Below are positions 25,459 through 38,419 of a stretch of 64,000 nucleotides of DNA, one piece after another. Source of the DNA: Octopus vulgaris. Its lineage: Eukaryota. The stretch's first letter is position 1; each line of letters begins with the position of its first letter. The stretch covers positions 175,646,001-175,710,000 of the forward strand of contig OX597815.1 in the NCBI GenBank assembly GCA_951406725.2, written 5' to 3'. The notes under the pieces were generated by a model. The model did not search any database. It had not been told where the DNA came from and worked only from the letters and a program-made list of their open reading frames with translations. The position numbers were made by a program, and so were the translations under genes.

Positions 25459-26417
25459 ATCCGTTGTCCTTGCATTGTGGTAAATGTCATTTTGCGGCCA
25501 TTGTGAGCAGTATAGAAAATAATATTATAAAAATAACATGGCGCTTGATTATTTGCATTATAACATTTAGTGCCATCTTTATTCGTCCAAATCTCCCCAA
25601 CCTTCCACTTCTTCTTAACCTATAAAATAGTAATACATTTTTAATGGCGTAGAACAAGTTGACTATACTCTTTTCATACAATCTTGTAACCCTCTGTCGA
25701 TGAAAGCAATCAGTGTTACATAAAATAGCAACTATATGCCTGTATCAAATTACACAAACTTACAATTATCGGAAAATATAAATGAACTCATAAAGACACA
25801 CTTGATACATCAACGCATACGATACCTCGTTACCAAAAAGCTTGAAAAAATTCCTGAAATGACATTGCTATATTTCTTTGAAATATATCCAATGGAAATA
25901 TAAGCCATATTAAATTAAAAGCTAGAGATAAAGTTTATTACGAACAGTCTCTCAAGAAGAAAATATTGATAAATTTGAGGAATGTATCTAATAACGGTAT
26001 GGTATATATCAATGAAGTGCTATTCCAACTGAGTTACCAAATTAATAAGTATTTGATTTCTAATTTGGCAATCAAATATGTTTAATTTTATACAGTTTAT
26101 ATAAAATAATGATACCAGAACTATATCTTAGAATTTTTATGTCGATTTTACTCGAAGTCTTCAGATGCTTGCGTAATGGTAACATTCAATCATATCAGTG
26201 TAGCGAACTAACTTAAACATCTAGTTAGTGCTGTATTCAATCATTTGTAATTCTTTGCGCTTTCTCTCATAGTCTGGCAAAAAGTGTCTTGTCTACTGCA
26301 AGTGTAACAGAAACCGTTCTTGCGTATGATCCATTATACTTCCTTCGTATCCTACAACAGAGTTGGTTAATTTTTAAAACCTTATTTGCTGCTTCTTCAT
26401 ATTATATTTATATATTA

Positions 26418-26560
26418 AGGCGGTGAACTGGCAGAGTCTTAGCTCGTTGGGCAAAATCCGTTGCGGCCTTTCATCCGACTCGTTATATTGAGTTGAAATT
26501 CGGCTGAGGTCAAGTTCGCCTTTCAAACTATCGGGGTCGATAAAATAACCAGTTGAGCAT
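26418..26560 (+). mobile_element. SINE family A, diverged
   Basis: GGCGGTGAACTGGCAGA head; GGGGTCGATAAAATAACCAGTTGAGCA core. Confidence 0.75.
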
Positions 26561-26564
26561 CCTG

Positions 26565-26596
26565 AGGGAATTTTGTAGATGCAAACTGAAACCCGT

Positions 26597-26632
<36 letters not shown>

Positions 26633-27251
26633 TGCATACACACACACACATATATATATATATACACACACATATATGTATATATATATACATACATATA
26701 TATGGTTACATATACATATATACATATACACATATATATACACATTTATACATACATATATATATACACAAATATACATATATATATATACACACATATA
26801 TACACACATATATACACACATATATACATATATATATATACACACATATATATACATATATATATATACGCATATATACATACATACATATATAGACATA
26901 CATACATATACATACATACATATATATACGTACATACATACATATATATATATATATATACAAATATACATATACACACATATATAAATATGCATATATA
27001 TATATACATATATATATATATACACACATATATACATATATATACATATCTATATATACATTTATACACACATATATATATATACACATATATACATACA
27101 TATATATATACACACATATATACATACATATATACACATATATACATACATATATATATTCACACACATATATACATATATATTTACACACACATATATA
27201 CATACATATAGACACACATATATACATAAATACAAATATACATACATACAT

Positions 27252-27330
<79 letters not shown>

Positions 27331-27580
27331 CATATATACATTTGTATGCATCTTTGTGTCTGTGTTTGTCACCCCACATCCACTGCTTGACAACCAGAGT
27401 TGGTGTGTTTACACCCCATAACTTAGCAGTTCGGCAAAATAGACAGATAGAATAAGTAATAGGTTTAAAAAAAATAAGTGCTGCAGTTGATTCGTTCGAG
27501 TAGAAATCCTTCAAGGCGGTGCTCCAGTATGGTTGCAGCCAAATGGCTGAGACAGGTGAAAGACCTGAATTAAAAGATGA
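26565..27580 (+). mobile_element. SINE family B 3' part with a greatly expanded internal microsatellite
   Basis: GTAGATGCAAACTGAAACCCGTC precedes about 740 bp of (TA/CA/TACA/GATA)n; SINE-B body and tail resume near 27350. Confidence 0.8.
26600..27340. repeat. Long compound TA/CA/GATA microsatellite
   Basis: Direct inspection; explains all Y/I/H/T/C/V-rich ORFs here. Confidence 0.95.
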
Positions 27581-28214
27581 ATTAATAAAAGAGTTGTCTT
27601 AAAGTTAAATGACCTGAGTTTGCAAATAGTTGGAGATGTTGCACTTTTTTTTTTATCTCTTATGTGTTGTAGACCAAAAGCTGCGGTCATGCTGCAGCAG
27701 TGCCATTATTAATTTTTCTTGTTATTAGGTTTAAATGCTCATCAGTATTATGAGAGCAGCCAGACATATATACATCGGCAGACGGGAAAGTGGATGTAGT
27801 CAGACACATAGAAAAATGGAGAGATAGGCAGAAAGGTAGGTGAGACTTCGGATGTACAAATTGATAGCAAAACGGAAATGAAATTGTTATGTTTGAAAGT
27901 AAAGTTTTGATTAAATTTTGAAATTCTCGCCCGTGTTTAATATATTTGCATAATGTTTTCAAATACGCTGGCAATCACCGTCGAATTTGCACAGGTATCG
28001 CTTGTTAGTATTATTGTTGAAATTTTACATTCAATCTCATAATATTTCTTTACACCTCGGTAACAGCATCGGAATATTGGAATTGACAGCCTTTTTGATT
28101 TCGTTCTTGTTTCGTTGTTGCTAAGCATTGTCAATCGCTTCAGTCTGTGTATGTCTCCATGTATGGATGTAGCTGTTTGTTTGTGGCGGTGAGCGTTCTT
28201 GTGTGTATAATGAT

Positions 28215-30540
28215 AATGAAGGGAGAGCCAAAAAAGGATGCTTGACATATGGATGGAGAAGCAGGGCTCCGATATTACAGAACAGAGACTCTGTGACCAG
28301 GTTAGAGCAATAAGGAAGAAAGGATGGCTAACAGTATTAGAGTTCGATGAGATAAGGAGGAAGGTGATGATCGAAAAGACGGGGAGCGATGCTGAAGTAG
28401 ATACAGAGACTGTTGAAGCTGTACTTGATGAGAGTAACCGGAAGAAGTATAAAGTGTGAAGCCCTGAGTGTAGAGAAGGACAAAGTAATGAAGACAAAGG
28501 GATGATGGAAGAATGATTGCGGAAAACCTGGACATGGAAATGAATGGATTTAGGAAAGTAGATAAAAATTTGCTTAGGGGACGGACCCTTAAGGTGAATA
28601 AAATACTAAAAGAAATCAAGACAGACAATATCACCGGAACGAATAGATTGATTAAAGCCAGCGTGATCTCTATAGGAAATAAGGTAGGCCTCGAACCCAA
28701 ACCGTAAAAGTAGGAATGAAGGAAAAGAACCTTGGTGGAAAAGAAGAATAACACAATGGACGAACTACGAAAACATATCGATGTCTTGGACAGAAAGAAA
28801 AATAATGTGAAACCAAAAGGGAGAAGAAACATCAGAAACTAGAAAATAGATATAGGATAAAGAAAAAGGGGCCAAATGTGGGTCTTGAAGAGCTGAAACA
28901 AAGATTGCAGGCTAAAGAGACAAAGATCAAGAGATATGACCACAGAACTGAACACTATAAAATCAACAGATTTTTTTAACAAGAAAAGGGTTTATCAACA
29001 TCTGAATGGAACAGCAGTAAGGGACCAAACGATGAAGAAAGTAAAAGGTTTTGGAGTAACATCTGGGATAATGGAAGAAAGCATAAAAAAAGATGTTAAA
29101 GGGTTGAAGGAATTAAGATTGGAAAAACTGGAAATGAAACAGCAATATTAGACTAATGACTGAAATGGTAACCGAACAGACAGCAAAGACCCCAAACTGG
29201 AAATACCCAGGACCGGATGAGATACAAAGAAATTGGCTGAAACATTTCTCAGCACTACACCGAAGAATAACCACGCGAATGGATAAAATGGTCAACAACA
29301 ACAACAGGTTGTAAATGCCAAAGTGGCTGACCACAGGTAAAATAATTCTTTGCCAAAAGGATCCCAGCAAAGGTAATGTAGTGGATAATTACCGGTCTGT
29401 CACCTGTCTGCTCCTGATGCGGAAGCTGATGACAGGAATAATATCTAATTATGTGTATAACTTCCTGGAAATGAATGACAAACTGCCAGTGGGATAGAAA
29501 GGGTACAGAAGGAAAAGCCGAGGGACAAAAGACCAATTTCTGATAGACGGAATGGTACTGAACGACTGCAAGAAAAGACTTACTAATCTGGGCATGGCGT
29601 GGATCGTTTATAAGAAAGTGTATGACATGGTCCTCTATTCTTGGATTTTAGAAAGTCTTGATTTGGTACAGGTTTCTGGTAATGTATCAAATTTTAGTAG
29701 GTGATCAATGAAAAACTGGAATTCAGAGTTAGCTTTATGTTGAAAATTTGCGGTGACGGTTAACGTCAAGAGAGGCATATTTCAAGGAGATAACCTATCA
29801 CCATTGCTGTTTGTGATTTGTATGATACAGATATTACAGAAAGCGATATCCAGGGGGGGGCACCTTAAAAATTGGAGGAAAATTAAATCATGTTATGACT
29901 TAAAGATCTTGGGAAAACCGAACATGAAATAAATGGTCCTAGTTTCAACAGAGCTGATATTCAGTGAAGATATCGGGATGGAATTTGGGATTGAAAAGAG
30001 GCGGCAAAGTAGTGTCATCTGATGGTGTAGAGCTACCCAACGGCGAGAAAATCAAGGATATTGAGACAAATATAAGTATCTGGGTATTTTGGAAAACGAC
30101 ATAATCAAGGAAAGTGAAATGAAGGTAAACTTTAGGCAAGAATATGTCAGAATAACCAAATTACTTATAGGAAGTAGAGTCAATGGAAGAAAACAAAATC
30201 AGGGCGATGAACACATGGGCTGTTTCCTTAATACGATGCGGCTCAGGTGTTGTTAGGTGGACAAAGAACGAGCTTGAGGAATGTGCTTGAAGAAAAACAA
30301 TAAAAGTGATGACATTTAAGAAGGAAGCACACTCCAAAAGTGATATTGACAGGAGGCTGTATGTGCCTAGAAACAGGGGGTGGAAGAGGTCTCATAGAAT
30401 GCAAGATCTGTGTTGTCAGCGAGAACAACAATTTAGGACGATACATCAAACAGCATTTCTTAGATGGGAAGAAGGTCTAGTTAAGCAATTTGGGGAAAAG
30501 TGGGAAAGAAAGAATGGCGCAAACAAAACAGAATGTTTAA
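28215..30540 (+). mobile_element. R4/Dong-like LINE RT region, decayed
   Basis: [74 protein letters not shown]. Confidence 0.9.
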
Positions 30541-30833
30541 CCGCATCTGATGTGACACTGTGATTGTTGTCTAGTAGATAGACTTAGTTATAGTTGAACA
30601 GATGGAGCTACCACATGAAAAAGCTAACGAGTCCACGTTTCATCGTTCGATTATAATTCTCGATACAACTAACAGCTCAGTTTTTGGTGTCATAAGCCGC
30701 GCACACTTTATATCTTATGATTGTCTTTATAAATGCGGTACTAAGAAGATTGAACTGCTACATAAAACCGACGGCCTGCTTTGTCAATAATTTACGTTAC
30801 AACTAAGCAAAGAATATATTATCGTTTCAAATT

Positions 30834-31062
30834 GGCAGCGAGCTGGCAGAAACGTTAGCACGCCGGGCGAAATGCGTAGCCGTATTTCGTCTGCCTTTAC
30901 GTTCTGAGTTCAAATTCCGCCGAGGTCGACATTGCCTTTCATCCTTTCGGGGTCGATAAATTAAGTACCAGTTACGCACTGGGGTCGATGTAATCGACTT
31001 AATCCGTTTGTCTGTCCTTGTTTGCCCCCTCTGTGTTTAGCCCCTCGTGGGTAGTAAAGAGA
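30834..31062 (+). mobile_element. SINE family A, full-length with TSD
   Basis: Head GGCAGCGAGCTGGCAGAAACG; B-box GAGTTCAAATTCC; TSD ATATATTATC(G/T)TTTCAA. Confidence 0.92.
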
Positions 31063-31514
31063 TATATATTATCTTTTCAATGACATATAGTCATTATTGG
31101 AATGATGACATGTAAAGTTGGTTATACACAGCGAGTATAGATTCAATGCCGAATACTTTCAAGTAGTAACGATTTACTGGGGCTATTTACGTCAAAATTT
31201 AAAAGTAAATAAGGCTTGGTCGTCATTTTAGAAATTTTATCATTCAAACAAGAACTTACGAACACAACAAACTCTCAAAGTTCAAATAAAAAATTAATTA
31301 GATAAACTTAAAGATGACATTATCTAATGAAAATTATACGCACTATAAAAAAAAATTAATTATGTAGGCTACATGAAAATATAATTAATGTTAATGTAGG
31401 TTTTTGGTAATAGACATACAAAAGAATTACAATTAAAATAAACAAAGCGACGAATAGTCAGACACACACATACATGCACACAAACATACACGTATATATC
31501 AAATATGCATGAGT

Positions 31515-31579
31515 TTATGTGTGTATATGTATATATATGTATGTATATATATATGTGTGTGTGTATATATATATATATA

Positions 31580-31631
<52 letters not shown>
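31515..31631. repeat. (TG)/(TA) microsatellite
   Basis: Direct inspection. Confidence 0.95.
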
Positions 31632-31633
<2 letters not shown>

Positions 31634-31850
31634 TGGAGGCGCAATGGCCCAGTGGTTGGGGCAGCGGACTCGCGGTTTCGATTCCCAGACCGGGCGTTGT
31701 GAGTGTTTATTGAGCAAAAACTTTCTCTCACTCTTTCTTCTGTTGGCCTGCTTGCTTAGCCAATATTTGAAGGCTAATAAATAATGCGAAGCGCATTGTG
31801 ACCAGCGATGTGTAGCAACATCTGATAGCCTGGTCGGTCATGGTGATGAT
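31632..31850 (+). mobile_element. SINE family C variant (same head, different 3' body)
   Basis: Head nearly identical to 1540-1620; diverges after CTTTCTCTCACTCTTTCTTC. Confidence 0.8.
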
Positions 31851-32157
31851 ATATATATATGTGTGTGTGTGTGTGTGCGTGTGTGTGCATGCGTGTGTGT
31901 GTGTATTTCTTTGTATCTGTGTGTAAAGAAGTCTATTATATATGTATGGATCGAGAAGCTGCATCTAATGTCTAATATTCCTTGGAAGAAAGCAACGAAT
32001 ATATACAAAAACAATGACGGAAGAAAATGGAGAAGGTTACACAAATACAAATAACAGGACATAACAACAGGTGTCTTTCAACTAAGGAAGAATTAAATTA
32101 AGCTGGCGTGTGTGGAAGTAAAGCCTTACGGCAGGGACATATGATTTGACAGTCACA

Positions 32158-32585
32158 CAGGGGTTGGACAAAATAAAGGAAACACCTGGCCTCATAATTT
32201 TGAAATATCTATAAAACCGTCAAAAGCTTGTCTATTTTTATGTTTTTTGATTTGTTATTAGTGTTGCTTAATATGTTTTACTAAAATTGCTGTTTATTTT
32301 CAGATATCATTGGAAAAAGGTAATAAAAATTCATTACAATGACAGATCTATCGGACTTTCAAAAGGTCAAATTGTCGATGCTCGTATGGCAAGCGCTAGC
32401 GTAACGAAAACAGCCGAAATGTTTGGTGTATCAAGAAGTACTGTCTCGAAAGTAATGACAGCCTTTGAGAAGGTGGGAAAAACCTCCTCGTCAAAACAAA
32501 ACTTTGGGAGAAAACCAAAACTTTCAGATAGGGACCGTCGGACTTTTACAAGAATTGTTAGAAAGGATCACAAAAGTACAGTGAG
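32158..32585 (+). mobile_element. Tc1-like transposon 5' fragment
   Basis: CAGGGGTTGGACAAAATAA TIR-like start; MTDLSDFQ/KGQIV...AEMFGVSRSTVSKV...GRKPKLSDRDRR paired-like HTH with GRPR-type motif. Confidence 0.85.
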
Positions 32586-34544
32586 AAGCTGACTGGTAAT
32601 GAAGCTTACAGCTAGAAACATCAGAGGGATTACCTGCCAATGCTAAACCAATGCAAATCTTGCAGGATGTGCATGTTAATACTGACTGATTTTCACTTGT
32701 TGAGAGGCAAAGGCGAGGAAATCATGCTCTGTTATAAATGAACAGAAGCATTTCGTTTAATTCCTTCTTTGTTTTGTGAGGATTATTTTCAGTGTTTTCA
32801 TTTCTTGGTCATTCACAATTTGTTATTGCAGCTGTGCCGTCAGTAGGTTTTGCTGCCTCCCAAAACATTGATCATTAAGGGGGCCCTAGTCCCCTAGCTT
32901 CCTCGTCATCATTCCCCCACCCTACAAGCTGAAGTCACCATAAATCTCTATGACTGACAACTTTTGTGTGTATACAAGAAAGATAAGTTTCAGATTTTAT
33001 TTTTGATTTTCTTGTATTTTTATATATTTGGTTTCATTTTGACTTCTGATATTTTCGACTCAGCAATGGGTGTTCTCTATCTGCATCACAAACTGGAGAA
33101 TATTATGCTCCCTTTCTACCTTACCTTAGGCCCAATTATATATAATATCTATATACACACGCAGAAAAACAAACAAACACATACACACACGTATATACAT
33201 ATATAATGGGGAGAAACAAAGAGAGATTCTCTCTCTCTCTCTCTATGTATATATATATATTAACGTATGTATGAAAAAAAAAAGCGTTGAAGTTCGCGTG
33301 CGTGGGTGTGTTGGGAAAAGGAAAAAACAGAAAACTCTTTATTTATTTAGTTCTTTGCAGCAATCGTTTCTTCATCTCGTAGTTTCTCCTTTAACGTAGA
33401 ATCTGATACAGAGACGCCACTCTGTATATTATTAAAATATTTGTCTTTTAGAAATATTTTTATCTCCAGTTCTTAAGTATTTTTATGAAATCACTGAGGT
33501 TTCTCTTATGATAAGCATACTTTGTCGATTGTTGAATATTATAACACAGAAGCTACAGAGAGGAATTCATAACACAAATCCCACCCCATACAACCCTCTC
33601 ACAAAAAGCAAAAGAAAATCCCCCAAAAAACCCAAAAAACAAAAATACCCTTGAATCAAAAATGCAACGCGAGAGTTATGTTAATCGGTGTAGTCAACGG
33701 ATAAATACATGTAGTCTTTATGCTTATGGGTTGTCGGAATTATTCTCAGAGATTAGCACACATTCACTCACGCACACACACATAGACACACCTATGTAAC
33801 TTATAGACCGTTTCTTAAAACCTTCTTTTTTCTTACTCATCTGTTTTCCACCCTAATTTTGTTTTCGTTTTTACTCTAAACTATTGTTTATCACTAATCA
33901 TTTTTTATTGAATCCAAATAAAAATGTTTGTATCATGACCTCATTAGCTGTTTTATAAAAGAAAGTTCAATTTCTAAATATTTACACACATTGAGGGCAT
34001 CAGATTGACTTGGGTGAATGAACGACCTAAAGTATTAACATATTAAAGAGAAATTTGAGTGTCTACTTATATAATTATGATCGTTAACTTATTGACATCA
34101 ACGAAAATAAAGCCTCTGCCGAAGCTTGAATAATTAACTCTACAGAGATAAACCGAAATGCTTTGTCAAGACTTTAGTCTCATTGCTCTTCTCAGTACCA
34201 AGTGCTACTTTTGGTAAACAGGTGAAATGTTTGTATTCCTTCCTATTTTCAGACTTCAAAGAGAGTTGCATTTGCTCGTCTTCATCCAACGCAGTTGTCT
34301 CTCTTCCCTTCTTCAAAGGAATTTAAGAAGAGACTCAATGATGTTTTTAAAATCCTAAAAGCAACACAATACTACAACTAACAGGTATTTCAGTTTGAGT
34401 TGGAACTTCTGTCTTGCATTTAGTCTAGACGCATATAAACTCCTTTCGACTAACTTGACTTTTATAAACGACAAAAAGAATTTAGAACATAATAGGACCA
34501 ATTAATCACAGGGCAATAAAAAACGTTGTCAAAGTTGTGTTTAA

Positions 34545-34545
<1 letters not shown>

Positions 34546-34603
<58 letters not shown>

Positions 34604-34620
34604 GTGTGTGTGTGTGTATA
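34546..34620. repeat. (TA)n/(TG)n microsatellite
   Basis: Direct inspection. Confidence 0.95.
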
Positions 34621-36138
34621 TCAAAGAAGATTTCTCCACACAGTAACAAATGCCATGAATCTTACCTCTTATAAATCGTATAAGTGATATCCTCTTGCTT
34701 TCATTCATTATATTTTGTGCAGTTATGAATGCAGATTTCTTCTGCGTTAGAGTTTGTTGTTGAAGTCATTCCAAAAACAACCTGAAAAGTAGCAACGAAG
34801 AGAAATGGCAAGGATCAAAACTGAATTGCCGAACAAGCTCACTGGGGGCTTTTGTTTCGCATTTATACTCCATATCTTATAACGGAAGAAAGTCTACATA
34901 TTTATCGAAAGTTTTTTTTTTTAAAAAGTAATCTCAAACGAAATTGTGTGATAAACTGAAGTATTGGTAATTATTCTAATCCTTTCTGCAATAGGAAAAC
35001 TAACGTACACCGATTAACAATTACCTCATTCAACAGAAAAATATTTATACAAATGTGATTTACCAAGTTTTCAAGTATATGATTAATGATTGAATTGAGT
35101 TTTTAATAAATGTTAAAATGATTTTGTAGGTTGTTTGAGTGCTACTGAAAATGTGATATCTTAATGTAAAAATGGATGTATGCAGATGGATTTAGAATTG
35201 AAATGCATTTAAATTAGAAGAATTGAAGCTCAAGCGCTTCTTGTGGCGTTAAGTTTCACTAAAGAAATTGTAGAAATTAGTGAGTTACTCTTTAGGCCGT
35301 CATGATACTTCGTATAAACTGCAAGAAATACAAGCCAAATCTTGCCAAAAACGATGACCTAACTTATTACGAAAAGAAGGACAGGTTGGATAATGTAAGG
35401 TGAAATATATTATGTCATCTGTAAAACAAAAACAAAAAATAATAAAATGAAAAAGTAAAACCAAAAATTGTGATGAATGGAACATCTTCAGTGAGGAGCT
35501 AAACTGGAGTTAAAGAGTAACAAGTGTTTTATATATTGTGGTGAAGAAAAAAGGGAAGAGAGAGAGAGAGAGAGAAGGAAAGAGAGAGAGAGAGGGGGAG
35601 AGAGAAATGGTGTGTATGTGCTTGTATACATGTATATGTACATATGTAGACATATACACACGTATAAGTAATTATACATGTATAGCATGTTTTAAGGGAG
35701 ATAATTTAAGTAGGCCATAGACCGTACATCGTAAACTGAAATTTGCAAATAAAAAAAAACATGGCCGTTAGCAGGAGAAAGAAAAGCGATCAGGAATTGG
35801 GAGCGACTCTCAGAGAAAGAAATTAAGATTTCACGTAATAACTAATTTTCATGCACAATGTGTAGCGAATAATATGATATTCTTCCTTTTATTCTTCTTC
35901 GCATTTCAGCCCATGGTCATGCTGGGGCACTGCCAGTGGGATCACCTTTTCAATGGCCATTCTTATGTGATTTGCTTTCGATGAAGGAGCGAGTTCAATA
36001 TTGTGCTGCCCTCTTTTCAGTTTCTTGTCGTAGTCAGCAACCTTGGAAAGCAGGAGGTCAAGTGGTTGCTTGAAAACATCTGCTCCTATTTGGTTGAAGC
36101 CTGCTTAAACCAAATGAAATTTACATATACATATATGT

Positions 36139-36558
36139 AGGCGTAGGAGTGGCTGTGCGGTAAGTAGTTTGCTTACGAACCACATGGCTCTGGGTTCAGT
36201 CCCACTGTGTGGCAAGTGTCTTCTACTCAGGCAAGTGTCTTCTACTATAGCCTTGAGCCGACCAAAGCCTTGTGAGTGGATTTGGTAGACGGAAACTGAA
36301 AGAAGCCTGTCGTATATATATATATATATATATGTATGTATATGTCAGTGTATATGTTTGTGCGTCTGTGTTTGTCCCCCCAACATCGTTTAACAACCGA
36401 TGCTGGTGTGTTTACATCTCCGTAACTTAGCGGTTTGGCCAAAGAGACCGATAGAATAAGTACTAGGCTTACAAAAAATAAGTCCTGGGGTCGATTTGCT
36501 CGACTAAAGGTGGTGCTCCAGCAGGGCCACAGTCATATGACTGAAACGAGTAAAAGAG
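36139..36558 (+). mobile_element. SINE family B, full-length
   Basis: tRNA head, CORE-like GGCAAGTGTCTTCTACT (locally duplicated), internal TA tract, tail CAGTCATATGACTGAAACGAGTAAAAG. Confidence 0.92.
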
Positions 36559-36614
36559 TATATATGTGTGTTTTTGTGAGCATATGTGTATGGGTGTGTT
36601 TATATATACGAATG

Positions 36615-36681
<67 letters not shown>

Positions 36682-36819
36682 GATTGTGCATGTGCGTAAA
36701 ATGGAATTCATTTTATGTGTCAATCACCAGTGATTGCATTTTTGTATATTTTCAAAACCGCCGAATCCGGATAATCCGCGGCACTTATGTGCGCTAAATC
36801 CTTGCTGCTTCTTTTATAT

Positions 36820-37160
36820 TATTTAATTTGTTTTGTCGGAGAGTATAAATGGTATTTGCTTCCATATTTGGAAATCAACACCTCCTTTTATCGAATCTAT
36901 CTTTGATGCGTAAATACATGAAAAATCTTGTTCAACTGAAGTATGGGCTTTTGAATTTTCTAACTGAACAGTTGAAGCTTGTGTACAAATAGAATTTGGG
37001 TAGTAATGATACTTTGGACTCATTTAGTAATCACATATTGGCTTTTGATGGAAGCGATTCAAATGATGTTGTAAATTCAATAGATGGCTCTCATAGCCAT
37101 TTTCATGGACTGGCGAAAGAAATCTGTGGTCTGAGCCAAATGCTTCCATAAGGTGGACCT
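36820..37160 (-). mobile_element. Possible hAT (ZMYM1-like) transposase remnant
   Basis: MSPK...HTSVEQDFSCIY resembles the SP.IQNE...D.S..EQ.S.C.RY motif of hAT transposases; heavily decayed. Confidence 0.3.
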
Positions 37161-37551
37161 TACTAAAGGCACCTCAAATGCCAGGTGATGTTATTAAACC
37201 GGGTCAAGGTTTAAGCATATAATTTAAAAACAGACGGGCTTCCAGACATTCGAATTCTGCTGACAATTTGAAGCTATGGTCGACGTGAGGCTATGGTAAA
37301 AAGAAGTTGCCCTTGGTGTCTCTCAATGGAATCGAGCTCCAAACGCCTTAGTTGCAAAGCAAATATCTGTCTGTCTATACACTCATATCAATGGCCATGT
37401 ATTAGGAAAGCAGTAAAAAAATCGAAAACAAAACAAAAAATGTTTTAGCAATCTTTTGTGTTAGTTAAGTAACTTTTCATATCTCTATCCATATTGGTTT
37501 CAAATTTTGGCACAAGGCCGGCAATTTCGGGAAGTGGGTCAGCAGTAATTC

Positions 37552-37830
37552 ACGGTATTTATCTGTCGATGAGACATAATGTCGTAGCTAACACACTGTA
37601 TAATGAGATCCGTCAGAAGAATAACCCTGAAGGCAAGGAAATAAGAACCCATAGTATGGTAGAAGCCATAGCCACTCATAATAAAAAGGAGTACTGGTGG
37701 AATGACCCAGTGTAAACCTCAATAAAATGCAAACATAACAGACCTGACGTAATGATTTGGGACAGAGAAGAGAAACTGAGTACAGTTGTGGAAGTCAGCT
37801 GTGGAAACCGCCGGATCTTAACATAAAGAT
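37552..37830 (+). mobile_element. R4/Dong-like LINE endonuclease fragment
   Basis: YLSMRHNVVA...HNKKEYWWN...KHNRPDVMIWDREEK..VVEVSC; same family as 19495-20600. Confidence 0.85.
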
Positions 37831-38419
37831 CGATATGTTTCACCCGGATTCCATTATTTTCTTTTACTACTTTTTTTTTTACATTTCCTACCTTTGAAGA
37901 ATTCTTTCATATTCTTCGACTTTGTCATAGTCTGATATCAGACCTTCGAACTTTTCTTGATTACGTACATTAGACTGATTTTTCCTAATTGTTTACTCCA
38001 CACACACACATACACAATAATGGTTATATGATTATTGATTTGTTATATAATACTTCTCTCCAGCCATCACTTATACCCCTTGACCGTTTTCAAGGCCTCA
38101 TTTTTTACTTACTTTCTATTCTTAAAGTTTCTTGGGCTGTCATGCCTTTGCAAGCAAGAATCCCTTTTAACATCCTGGCAGCCAGATATTTATAGAGACG
38201 TAAGTACTTAGCAGGAGAACTATCGGACTTTTTCTATCTTTTCTCATTATTTTAACATTAAATTTCTTTGATATTTGACCGTACCACATCGCCTCATCCC
38301 TTTATACAATCTGGTGAACCACTTTATTATCTTTTGGCCCACTAGCTGTCATAATGTTATTACAGTTATTCCCCAGATCTCTCCACACTGCATTATTTGT
38401 TCCCTCTCTCCTTTCATAT

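Noticed and set aside
25700-26000. Possible further PLE endonuclease remnant (also about 6130-6430 and 48540-48980)
   Set aside because: Too decayed to assign from motifs by eye
26374-27514. Numerous long Y/I/H/T/C/V-rich ORFs (also near 12600-12970, 31369-31784, 48138-48577, 49400-50725, 57471-57777, 62215-62730)
   Set aside because: Translations of TA/CA/TG microsatellites, which lack stop codons
30834-30925. tRNA genes at SINE heads
   Set aside because: A/B boxes are followed by SINE cores, tails and TSDs; no complete cloverleaf or oligo-T terminator
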